A DNA stretch of 64,000 nt from Octopus vulgaris. Its lineage: Eukaryota. The notes under the pieces were generated by a model, which saw only the letters and a list, made by a program, of their open reading frames with translations, searched no databases and was not told where the DNA came from. Location of the stretch: contig OX597824.1 in NCBI GenBank assembly GCA_951406725.2, positions 68,262,001 to 68,326,000 on the forward strand, read 5' to 3'. A program made the translations under genes and the position numbers. This document shows, piece by piece, positions 1 through 12,015 of this stretch (the first letter of the stretch is position 1; the number at the start of each line of letters is the position of its first letter).

Positions 1-188
1 AGGTGTGTAGAAACCTAGCTATCCAAGCCAGTGGTACTGCCAAGAATTATCAGTTACTACCTAAAGTCAGTATCATTGTACTTGTATCACTTAACTTACA
101 AAGAACTTAACACAAACATATACTCTACAGAGCCCAATCTTTCATGTGCACATACACACACACACATGCATATATATGTAGTTTCCAA

Positions 189-640
189 AAGAGAAGACTA
201 TGCTGGGATGTCACATGTGATGTACATGGATGAGGATAGCTGTATAAAGAAGTGCCGATCTCTAATTGAGGGAACCTGTGGAAGAAGTAGACCCAGGAAG
301 ATATTGCAAGGGGTGGAAAAATATGATCTTCAGTTGTTGAATTGTATGGAAGTGATGACAGGTGACCAAGGCTTCTGGCGATTTGCTATACTTGAGAAGA
401 TATGTCAGGCTAAGTGAAATTATGGTCATGGCCAGTGCTGGTGACTCGTAAAAGGTACCTGTGCCAGTGACACATACCAGACACCTGTGCTGGTGACATG
501 TAAAAGGTAACTGTGCCAGTGACATGTTGAAAGCAACTGTCCAATCCATGCTAGCATGGAAAATGGATGCTAAATGGTGATGATAAGGATGATATATATA
601 TATATGCTAAATGGATGCTAAACGATGATGATAAGGATGA
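189..640 (+). mobile_element. Degenerate RTE LINE 3' fragment with duplicated tail
   Basis: Translates HVMYMDEDSCIKKCRSL.EGTCGRSRPRK, similar to the 14.5 kb copy. Ends ccatgctagcatggaaaatggatgctaaatggtgatga, and the tail is repeated. Confidence 0.85.
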
Positions 641-1834
641 TATATATATATATATATATATATACGTTGTCCAGAGAACTCCTGAATTTCATTTGGAATA
701 TGACAACTCCTCTAATACTGGTGTCATGATAAAATGCACCAGTGCACTCTGTAAAGTGATGGGTGTTAGGATTGACATCCAACCATAGAAACCAATCCCT
801 AAACGAAATATACAAGCTAGATGTGGTCCTCTGACCCATCTAAGAGATCAGTAACACCAAATAAGGACCATCTTTGACCATAATGACCTGCCTAGTCTAA
901 AAGAATGATGATGACAACATTAGTGCCGGTGGCAAAGAATGAACAGAAGAAACATGAATTTCATAAGCTTCAGTGCAGGCAACACATCTAGTGGGGAACA
1001 GTCACTTTTAGAAAAGAAAAAAAAAGATATCAACAATACAGTTTCAAGAAGACACTTCATTCTGTTATAGACATTATATCTGGTACCAGTGGCAAGTATA
1101 AAATTCATCCAGCACATAGTGTAAATTGGTTAGTGATAGGATAAAGCTGGAAAAACTTTGCTAATCACAACAAAGGCAGACAGGTGTTATTTTTGGCGGG
1201 GTTTCTTTCATCCTGTTCTGTGTGCTAGATGAAGATCAACTGTGACAAGTGGTAGCCCATACAGTTCACGCTAGCATGGAAATGTAGGTGTAAAGTGATA
1301 ATATATAAGGTGTATCTTACGCCATGCAAGTGTAAGTTCATGCCGTAAACGAATGATGAAACCACGAATGGCTCAGGAACCAGACCTAATTCTCGAGACT
1401 GTATTCCTCACCGTGGGGAGAGTGGATAACTGTGGCAATATAATATATAAGGTGTATCTTTCCATTTTGAACACTTGATTTCCTCCCTAATAGTGTTTTC
1501 TCCCCAATTCTAAAAGTTCCTAATCCTTACCACATACATATGCATGAACCAGTGAAGGTGTCTTTATGGAGTCCTTTTGACCTGATGGAAACAGTCACCA
1601 AATGTCTTTGAAATTTCAGTCTATACATTAAGGCAATGAACTGATAGAACTATTATCATGCCGGGTGAAATGCTTAACATGTTTCATCTGTCTTCACGTT
1701 CTGAGTTCAAATTCCATCAACGGCGACATTGCCTTTCATCCTTTTGGAGTCAATAGAATAAATACCTGATGAACACCGGGGTCAATCTAATCGACTTTGT
1801 GCCAATATCTGAAATGAAATTTCAGTTTACTCTT

Positions 1835-1979
1835 TCACTTGTTTCAGTCATGCTGGTGCACTGCCTTTAGCCGAGCAAATCGACCCCAGGACTTATTCTT
1901 TCGGTCTCTTTTGCTAAACCACAAACACCAGCATCGGTTGTCAAGCGATGTTGGGGGACAAACACAGACACACAAACAT

Positions 1980-2010
<31 letters not shown>

Positions 2011-2185
2011 CATATATACAACGGGCTTCTTTCAGTTTCCGTCTACCAAATCCACTCACAAAGCTTTGGTCGACCCAAGGCTATAGTAGAAGACACTTGC
2101 CCAAGTTGCCACGCAGTGGGACTGAACCCGGAACCACGTGGTTCATAAGCAAGCTACTTACCACACAGCCACTCCTACGCCTATA
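1835..2185 (-). mobile_element. SINE family A
   Basis: Reverse complement of the family A consensus. Confidence 0.88.
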
Positions 2186-2379
2186 GTTTATACAATTAAA
2201 ACAAGAAAGACATTGTTTGAAAATATCATCCTTGATACACTATGCATAAAATAAAGTTGGAATGGCCATGGCTGGTATATCTTTGGTCAAAGGTCTTCTG
2301 AATCAGAGCGGACCTGTGTTCCAAAAGCCTAGTGCACATACACCTATGGACACACATGCACATGTTCGCACACACACTC

Positions 2380-2381
<2 letters not shown>

Positions 2382-2464
<83 letters not shown>
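2382..2464. repeat. (CA)n microsatellite
   Basis: Direct reading. Confidence 0.97.
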
Positions 2465-2468
<4 letters not shown>

Positions 2469-2786
2469 AGAGTCACTAGTACACAACTGGTTTGTCGCTT
2501 GCTCTCATGCCCACTCCCTACTCTCTCAGGATTTAGACAAGTTTGAATAGAAAGGTCTTTGAAATATGAGAAGTGAAATAATCTGATACTTTTTCACCAC
2601 TGTGATGAACCTACCTGCATGAAGCACAGGTGGTGGTAGCAGTGGCTGTTGTTGTTGAAGGAAAGGATTTTCCCATTTCTTTATTTCAACTGAACTGCCA
2701 CATGCAGTAGTTGTGGTAGTTTTTATAATTGCAGTAGTAGTAGAAATAGTAACAGCAATAATTATAACATACATAAAAACGAAGTG

Positions 2787-2833
<47 letters not shown>

Positions 2834-2841
2834 ATATTGGT

Positions 2842-3255
2842 GCAGGCATGGCTGTGTGGTAAGAAGCTTGCTTCCCAATCACATGGTTCTGGGTTCAGTT
2901 CCACTGCATGGCACCTTGGGCAAGTGTCTTATACTATATCTTTGGGCCGACCAAAGCCTTGTGAGTGAATTTGGTAGTTAGAAACTGAAAGAAGCCTGTC
3001 ATATATGTATTTTTATACATATATATATATATGTATGCATGTATATATTTGTGTGTCTGTGTTTGTCCCTTCACCGTCACTTGACAACCGATTTTAGTGC
3101 TTTGACATCCCCGCAACTTTGTGGTCTGATAAAAGAAACCGATAGAATAAGTACCAGGCTTACAAAGAATAAGTTCAGGGGTTGATTTCTTCGACTAAAT
3201 GGCGGTGCTCCAGCATGGCCACACTCAAAATGACTGGAACAAGTAAATAAATAAG
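2842..3255 (+). mobile_element. SINE family A
   Basis: Full-length match to other copies. Confidence 0.88.
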
Positions 3256-3347
3256 AGAATAGATATATGTGTATATATATATATATATATTCATATATAC
3301 ACACACACACGTGTGTTTATATCTGTGTATATGTATATATAAATACA

Positions 3348-3416
<69 letters not shown>

Positions 3417-4204
3417 ATTAAAAGGTGCAAACATGGTCATCTGTTTAAGAAGTTGGCTTCACTACCTTGTTTTTCTGAGTTCAAATCCATTGCACAGCTC
3501 TTTGACTCCTGTATACTCACATTGACCAATATCCTGGAAGTGGAATCTTATAGACAAAAACTGTGCCAAAGATCATTGTATACATGTGTTTGTAGTTATA
3601 CATGTGTGTGCATGCATGTTGTCTGTGTCTTCATCTACACTGATTTAAAAACCTGCTTTGTTTGTTTTTTTTTTTTTATCATTCAAAGAACAGAGATTGA
3701 TCAAATAAGTACCAAGCACAAACAACCCTGGCATTGCTAAGGTTAACTAAAATCCTTTAAGGCCATGCCATTGTCTGAAGACTGAACACAGTGAAAGAAC
3801 ACACACACTCACGCATGCAAATTCTTACAAAACACGAATCGGTGAACAAATAAAGAAGAGTAGTATTCAACATGTGGTTGGAATAATGAGATCTACATTG
3901 TTCAGTTTCTTAAACGTGTATGACTTACTAAATCTTAGACATATTTGTGAGTAATCTGGAACTGAGTCAGCCTTTTATTTAATATATGTATGTGTGTGTG
4001 TGTGTGTGTATCTATATATTTATACACACACAAAGACACACACACACACACACTTAGCAACAGAAAGAAAAGGAAATAATATTAGGTGTCATGTAATTTC
4101 ACTACCCATAAATTATATATATATATTGATAGAAATGGTAAGACAACAAAAGAATGAAAGAGACCTCGATATTATGTAAATAGAGGAATTTATCTGTAAA
4201 TGTA

Positions 4205-4410
4205 ATATGTGATAATTATTCGGTAGCCATGATAAAACTCCGAGTTCCGGATGTCGGAGTGGAAATCCACGCCGCCATCTCTTCAGTTATCCAGCCATTG
4301 AAAAAAATGCTATCCGATGGCTGGATAACTGAAGAGATGGTGGCTTAGATTTCCACCCCGACATCCGAAACTCAGAGTTTTATCATGGCTACCGAATAAT
4401 TGCCACATAT
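4205..4410. repeat. 94-bp inverted repeat with 18-bp loop (probable Penelope-like inverted pseudo-LTR)
   Basis: 4205-4298 versus the reverse complement of 4317-4410 shows 8 mismatches by my count. Confidence 0.9.
4324..4384 (+). ncRNA. Type I hammerhead ribozyme motif (Penelope-like-element type)
   Basis: GATAA-CTGAAGA-[stem II gatg...catcc]-GAAA-CTCAGAG-T-T-TTATC. GATAA pairs with TTATC (stem I), both core boxes are intact, and stem III is short and quasi-palindromic. Confidence 0.65.
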
Positions 4411-4474
4411 GTGTGTGTGTGTATCTATATATGTACATGTGAATGTTTATATATGCTTATATGTATATTTATAT

Positions 4475-4617
4475 GTGTGTTAAGCTTGTTTCTCAACCAC
4501 ATGACTCCAGTTTCAGTCTTACTGCATGGAACCTTGGGCAAGTGTCTTCTACTATAGCGTTGAGCCAACCAAATCTTGTGAGTGGATTTGGCAGATGGGA
4601 ACTCAAAGAAGCTTGTC

Positions 4618-4651
<34 letters not shown>

Positions 4652-4860
4652 GTGTGTATCTGTATCTGTCCTTCACCACCACGACAACTGGTAGTGGTAT
4701 AATTATGTCCCCATATCTTAGCAGTTCAAGTGGAGAATGCCATGGAATAAGTACCAGGCTTTCAAAAAAGGTCTTGCTGTTGATTTGTTCAACTAAAAAA
4801 CACTTCAAAGCAGTGCCCCAGTATGGCCGTAGTCAAATGCCTGAAACAAGTAAATGATAG
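4475..4860 (+). mobile_element. SINE family A (diverged)
   Basis: Match to other copies. Confidence 0.82.
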
Positions 4861-5229
4861 AAGGTAATATATATGAAAGTGAAGCTTTAATGACTTTTGC
4901 TATTAAATCTTTATTTAAAGAAGGAAAACAGCTAGACAGACAAAATTGATCTAAACCCTACAAATTCCTGCTCTTGGTAGCAGCAATAATTATTAACCCT
5001 AAGTCTGTCATAATTGAGTGGAAGTATGAGTGAAGGCTTTCCAGTCATGACCATCCCTTTTTTAAAATTTTTACTGCAGTTTGGTTTGCCCTGTACCATT
5101 TTATTCTGTGTGTCCCACTTCTTTTTAGGATTCTAGGCAGTGATTTGAAGGAGATTTGGTTGCTATTTCTAGAAGCTCTCTAAATTGCTCGACTAGACAG
5201 CTGTTGTTACCATACCTGTCTGACCTACA

Positions 5230-5880
5230 ATCAACTATCAGCACCATCACAATCTCCAATACCACTCCACCATTACTAAAACTATCACCACTACATCCAC
5301 CACCATCACCTTTGCCACTGTCACCACCACTATTGTCTTTATAACTATCACTACCACAGTCCATAAGATTACCCCTACATCAACACCACCACCACCACCA
5401 TCATGATACCACTAATACCATCACTACCACTCCCGATACTACCATGAACACCACCACTACCACCTTCACTGCCACCACTGCTGCCACTATCACTGCTATC
5501 ATCACCATCATTGACACCATCACTGCCAACCATCATCACTATCATTGCTACTTCCGCTATCACTATCACCACCACTATTGCTACCACCACCATGACCACC
5601 ACCACCACCACCACTGCCACCACCATTAACACTACTGTGACCACCCTCTATCAGAGTCCCTGTCAGTAGAATTATAATGTCTAATACCAGTGAGCAACCA
5701 ATCCAGCACCACAACTACCATCACCACCACCACCACCACTGGTCCCACAGTTACCAGTATCTGACCGACACCAACATACCCCACCACCACAATCATCATC
5801 ACGCAATCACCACCACGGTACCACAACCATACTTTCACCACTGCCACCACCACTTTAATCTCTGCGACCACCACCACCGT
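5230..5880. repeat. Degenerate (CAC/CAT)n low-complexity tract
   Basis: Direct reading. Source of the spurious poly-H/T/V ORFs. Confidence 0.9.
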
Positions 5881-6189
5881 TGTCACTAAACTCTCTCAGT
5901 GAAAAAAAAGTCTGTTCATGTCTGTGAACAAAAGCCTGTGTTGTCTTGTTTAGAAGCGTCAAGCCTCTGTTGTTTGCTCTGATCTTAAACATGCAAACCC
6001 TGTGTAATGGTTTCCCCCACTGTGTACCAGTTTGGATTGGGTAGCAATGAGCTTTCTCTTTTGTAAGCCTCAGAGGCCATATTTAACTTGGCATTGTTGA
6101 ATGCACACTTTCATCATATCTAAGCATACATATATGTACACATTTGAAAATTTCGCTCTTCATATCCTTTCTCTCCCTCTCCTTGCATG

Positions 6190-6246
6190 CATACATACAT
6201 ATACATACATACATTCATATATATATATATTTATAATGTATATATA

Positions 6247-6279
<33 letters not shown>

Positions 6280-6440
6280 ATATAAATATATATAAATTTA
6301 TAAATATAAATATATATATATAAATATATATATATATAAATATATATATATATATGTATAAATATATATATGTATAAATATATATATGTATAAATATATA
6401 TATGTATAAATATATATATATATATATATTACATATATAA
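6190..6440. repeat. (TA)n-rich compound microsatellite
   Basis: Direct reading. Confidence 0.95.
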
Positions 6441-7026
6441 TGATTTATGTACATTTTGTGTATGTTGGTTTTGTGGTGTACCTCTATTCACCTTATTTAG
6501 GACACAAGCATATATACACTCATCGTAACTACTTCTGCTGCTCTATTGTTATACATGTGTATGTATATGCGTGTGTATGTGTATGTTTGTCATTTGATTA
6601 AGTTGTTCACTGGAGAGGATAGTTTTGATAATTGAAATATATAGCAAAGTGTGTTATATATGCAGTTTAGCCTCACTGTAAAATGTAAACTGAATGATTA
6701 CACCATAAATCTTTCTCTCTCCATAGGAAGCAAAAGATATGAGTCTGCTTGATTTCTAGTTTTGTTAGGCCTTTTTCCAGAGTAACAATATCCAACTTCT
6801 GTCAACAGGCAGATTATTGTTAGCCTTTGCTGTCTTTATATTCTGAGTTCAAATTCTATTGAGACTGACAGACCGACTTTGCATTTCTTCCTTTTGGGGT
6901 TGATAAGATAAGTGCCAATGAAGTACTGGTGTTTGATATAATCATTGACTCTCCCCTCCTCTCAAAAATGTGCTGGCCTTGTGTCAAAATTAGAAACCAT
7001 TATTGGCCATTGCTATTTATAGTTTA

Positions 7027-7458
7027 CATGGTGTGGCTGTGTGGTAATAAGTTTGCTTCTCAACCTCATGGTTCCAGGTTCTGTCCCACTGCATGGCACC
7101 TTGGGCAAGTGTCTTCTACTATGGCCTTGGGCTGACCAAAACCTAGTGAGTGGATTTGGTAGACAGAAACTGAAAGAAGCCTGTTGTATGTGTGTGTGTT
7201 TGTGCATGCATATGTGTATATGTGTTTTTCTGTTTGCATGTGTGTGTATGTGTGTGTATATGTGTGTGTGTGTGTGTCTTTTTGTGTATGGGTTTGTCCT
7301 CTCCCACCACTTGACAACTGGTGCTGATGTGTTTACCTTCCTGTAACTTAGCAGTTCAGCAAAAGAGACCAACGTACTAGGGTTGATTCATTCGACTAAA
7401 AATTCTTCAAGGCGTTGCCCCAGCATGGCTGCAGTCTAATGACTGAAACAAGTAAAAG
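7027..7458 (+). mobile_element. SINE family A
   Basis: Match to other copies. Confidence 0.88.
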
Positions 7459-8351
7459 CTAATTTGCATAATAATGCATGCTTTAGCAATGAGCAACACA
7501 CAATGTTTTGGGGGAATAATTTAAGATGTAAAGCATATGTATTTTCTTAATTAACAAGCTCCTTGTGAAAAATAATTAAGTGGTTTCATCTCAGCTCTTA
7601 CCTCTCCATGGCAGAAACTGAATAACCTGACTACCTTATTGTCTTATAGATCATCACAAAGAAAGAATACCCATTCTCTGTCCAATTAGCAGTTTGTAGC
7701 CTGTAGCTGTTGATTGTCTTTACTGCAGTACAAATTAACTGCTGTGATTTTCCTGTAGATTGTTATCAAACATTGCAGCAACTGATTTCAGAGAGAAAAC
7801 GGCAAAGAAACCGACTTCCCGGACTCAAACTACATCTTTTGACAGCATCAATACAGATATTCTGTTACACATTCACTTATGTGGTTGCTCAGCAGTAGAA
7901 TTATTGTTTAATACCAGTCACTCACAGACACATTCCAGCGTCTGGCCCACAGATGTTCTATCTTCTCTAATGGTATTTTCTGTTGCTTCTCTAATGGCCT
8001 TTGCTCCTGGGAGTTGACTGAAATCTCATCATCTCCTCTCAGGCACTCCCATCCCATTTGTTTTTCCTCCTCCTTTTATCTTTGTATCATCCGCCTCTCC
8101 CCATATCCTTCCTTCTTCCAGAAGATCATCCCTCTAGAATTCCTTCTCTGCTTATGTCTTTCTCCCAGGTGTTGATTTTCAAGGGTTCAAGAGGCACATT
8201 AATAGTGTCATACCAGTCCAGAAGGGACTACAGAGGTATTGGGCACTAACCCTTCTTGCTGATCTGACAAGTGTAAAAAAAAAAAAAAAACAGAAAAAAA
8301 AACAGTAGATTTAAATGACATCAACAAATTTACAATATTTAATCTAGTTCA

Positions 8352-8391
<40 letters not shown>

Positions 8392-9074
8392 TGGATAGCA
8401 ACACTTTTCTTCTTTTTGTTATATCTAAGAACAAATGCACTTTCAGAATAAAAACAAGAGGAGAGGTGTAATCATAGCTAGAAATATAGACTAGGTGGTG
8501 TACTGCCTATGAAAGTTTACCTCTCTGTCATGTTTAAGCAGTTCTCTGTGTGTACTCAACAACAGTAACAATTACAATGTCACAATTTCATCTTTGCAGT
8601 TGCAAGTGTGCTAATAATACCTTGCTGTTTTAAAGAAAAGTAGACATTGGATTATGTAGTCCTAGATACACTAAGTCTGATGATCATTTCCGATTTTCAG
8701 GTTCATTTCCACTGCATGGAATTTTGAGCAAGTGCTTGTTTTGACACAAGCCTTGTGAATGAAATTGGACAGTTGGAAAACCTATTGAGAATTATGTTCA
8801 TGGTACTTGTGTCTGTGGAATACTCAGCCACCTACATATTAATTTAATGATTAGGTGGTTTGGTTGACATCAAAATGGGTGGGTTGCATCTCCAATATCT
8901 TTGGTGATAGGTCTGATAATTGAGGGCTGATTAGAGACCGAAATGGCATCAATATCCAGTCTTTAAAGCCTACTTTGTGGCTTAAGAACCATTTGAGCTT
9001 TACACCTTGCATGTACACATGCAATGAGCACACGGGTGCATATATGTACAACTACATATATATACATTTTGCTT

Positions 9075-9465
9075 TTATCTTGTTTCAGTAATTTGACAGC
9101 GGCTATACTGGGGCTCACCTTGAAGGATATTAGCCGAACAAATCTACCCTAAGACCTTTTCTCTAAAGCCTGGTACTTAGTCTATCAGTCTTTCTTGCTG
9201 AACTGCTGGGTTATAGGGATATAAACTCTTCAGCACCAGTTGTTAAGTGGTGGTGGGAGACAAACATAGACTCAAAGACACACACACATACATGTATATA
9301 GTCGACAAGCATCTTTTAGTTTCTGTTTACCAAATCCACTCACAAGGCTTTGGTTGGCCCAAGGCTATTATAGCAGACACTTGCCCAAGGTACCGTGCTG
9401 TGGGACTGAACCCGGAACCATGTGGTTGAAAAGCAAGCTTCTTATCACACAACCATGCCTGCGCA
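9075..9465 (-). mobile_element. SINE family A
   Basis: Reverse-complement match. Confidence 0.85.
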
Positions 9466-10445
9466 TAAAATATTTTATATACTCATTTCCTCATTTTCCA
9501 TCTCCCTTTATTTTTACACTCTCTTTCTCTCACCCTTCCCCTAAGACTCTATTTCTCTGCTCCGCCCCCATGTTCTATCTCCTTCCCTCCTCTATAGTAT
9601 TCTTACTTAATATGCAGAAGAGAAGGTGGGGCTTACCTATTTAAATAAAGTCACCAGAGTCCTTTGCATTACACACTTTGCCCTTTAGAGTAGAAGCAAC
9701 ATTAACAACAACAAGAGCAACTAGCTACAGTTGCAGGTTGCCAAGAAACAGAAGAATTTGCTTCTCCTCTGTAGACTACAGTGCTTTCTCATATACATAT
9801 ATGCATGTGTGTGCATGCACGCACAAAAATTAATATGTTTTTAAGATATAATGTGTCTTTGAACCACATTATCCAGTGTGCTCAAGACAGTAAGATGTTG
9901 AGGCAGATTTGGTTGCTATTTCCTGTAGGTTGACTGATCACACAAAGGCATTTCTGCTGGTTTAAGTTGTTCTTGCTTGACCTCAGTTCTGACCAAGCCT
10001 TAACATACACATTTCAAATATTCTCTACTCAAAGAGCAACTATGTAGCATATGGCCTACATGGCCTTGCTTTTTGCTTTTTGAGCCAAAAAATTAACTAA
10101 CTAACATATCCCCCCCTCTCACTCTCTCAGTTGTGGGTTTGTCACTCCTTCAAAGAAATACTTGGTGGTACCTGTTGATTAGAAGGAAGAGGAGGAGATC
10201 GATTTATAACAGAGACTTTACTGAGAGTTTCCATGATCAACCTACTGTGAAGTACAGACCAGAAAGTGATGGACAACGGTGGGAGGGGCAATGGCTAATA
10301 TAAGATGGTGATGTTATGGGATAATATTGAGAATGCTTGGTAGATGACATGGAGAGGTGGCTCCAAGGAGAGTGGAAAACTGATGTCACAAACATGTAGG
10401 GAATGAAATGTACATCTCTACTCTCATGTAATTTAATTACACCAT

Positions 10446-10495
<50 letters not shown>

Positions 10496-10589
10496 CGTAT
10501 GTGTATATGTGTGTGTATATATGTATGTGTGTTTGTGTATGTATGTATATATATATATATCTATAAATGAATAAATATATATATATCCA

Positions 10590-10990
10590 GGCATAGGAGT
10601 GGCTGTGTGGTAAGTAGCTTGCTTACCGACCACATGGTTCAGGGTTCAGTTCCACTACGTGGCACCTTGGGCAAGTGTCTTCTACTATAGCCTCAGGCCA
10701 ACCAAAACCTTGGGAGTGGATTTGGTAGATGGAAACTGAAAGAAGCCCGTCGTATATATGTATATATATGTATGTGTGTATATGTGTTTGTGTGTCTGTG
10801 TTTGTCCTCCCAGCATTGCTTGACAACCAATGCTGGTGTGTTTACGTCCCTGTGGCTTAACGGTTCGGCAAAAGAGACCAATAGAATAAGTACTGGGCTT
10901 GCAGAGAATAAGTCCTGGGGTCAGTTTGCTTGACTAAAGGCGGTGCTCTAGCATGGCCACAGTCAAATGACTGAAACAAGTAAAAGAGTA
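10590..10990 (+). mobile_element. SINE family A
   Basis: Full-length, low-divergence copy. Confidence 0.9.
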
Positions 10991-11872
10991 AAGTGCAAGA
11001 GTATATATCATCATCTTCATCGTTTAATATCTGCCTTCCATGCTGGCATGGGTTGGAAGGTTTGACAGGAGCTGGTTAGGTAGAAGACTACCCCAGGCCA
11101 CAGTGTCTGTCTTGACATGGTTTTTACGGCTGGATGCCCTTCCTAACACCAACCACCCTGTCGAGTGGGCTGAGTGCATTTTACATGGCACCAACACAGA
11201 CGAGGTCTGTTTTCACATGGATTTTACAGCTGGATGCCCTTCCAAATACCAACCACTTAGCATATATATTATCTTCTATTTGTTTCTGTAATCAGACTGG
11301 CCATACTGAGGTACTGCCTTGAAGAATTTTCTTGCCAAATGAAATGATCCCAGTACTTACCTCTTAATTTTTTGAAGCCTGATACTTATTCTATCAGTTT
11401 CTTTTATCAAACTGCTAGGTTATGGTGATGTAAACACACCAACATTGGTTGTCAAGCAGTAGTGGGGTACAACTCAGTCACTGCTGTTGACAGTATTTTT
11501 AATTAAAGCTACAGCTTTGAATCTGCCTAAAGTTTCTTCTCTTTGGTATATCCCATTGAGGAAGGCTAAAGAGCCAGAAATGCTAGGTCTGGGAAGTGGA
11601 TAAGAGGAAGCAATGGGCAGATATGGTGTTTTTCCTTTTACCATCAGCGAGAATTTTTTTCTCCATGGTAACTGCAGTGAATTTTCCTTTAGAAGTTGAA
11701 ATATGTCACAAACATATTTTAACTAGCGTAAAGTTTGTTTATTCCTAATCGCTGTTTGGGGTTGATGCTGCTGTTTATATATATATTTGTGTGTGTGTGT
11801 GTGAGTGTGTGTAATTGTTTATTGTACACTATTAAAATAGGAGTCACTAATAGTTTCTTAGCATTAAAATAC

Positions 11873-12015
11873 GTGGCTAGGCAGGTTTTTATAATGTTCC
11901 TTGTGTCTCCAAGCAATCTTGTATGTATTATGTATGCATGTATGTATGTACATACACGCACACATAGAAGATTGCCTTGAGACACAAGGCACATTATAAA
12001 AACCTGCCTAGCCAC
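11873..12015. mobile_element. Putative MITE: 48-bp inverted repeats around a 47-bp microsatellite-like spacer
   Basis: 11873-11920 and 11968-12015 are reverse complements with about 3 mismatches. Confidence 0.65.

Noticed and set aside
1350-1400. C/D snoRNA suggested by ATGATGA
   Set aside because: No downstream CTGA D box or terminal stem on that strand.
2615-2696. Minus-strand exon candidate (SVEIKKWENPFLQQQQPLLPPPVLHA, donor gtaggt)
   Set aside because: Phase would fit the 7602 donor, but the acceptor lacks a pyrimidine tract and the sequence is low-complexity.
2226-3740. Many 60-160 aa ORFs rich in HT/CV/YI/LS repeats, here and throughout the window
   Set aside because: Translations of dinucleotide microsatellites and SINE bodies.
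5125-5889. His-, Thr- and Val-rich ORFs resembling metal-binding or mucin-like proteins
   Set aside because: Degenerate CAC repeat open in several frames on both strands, with no splice support.
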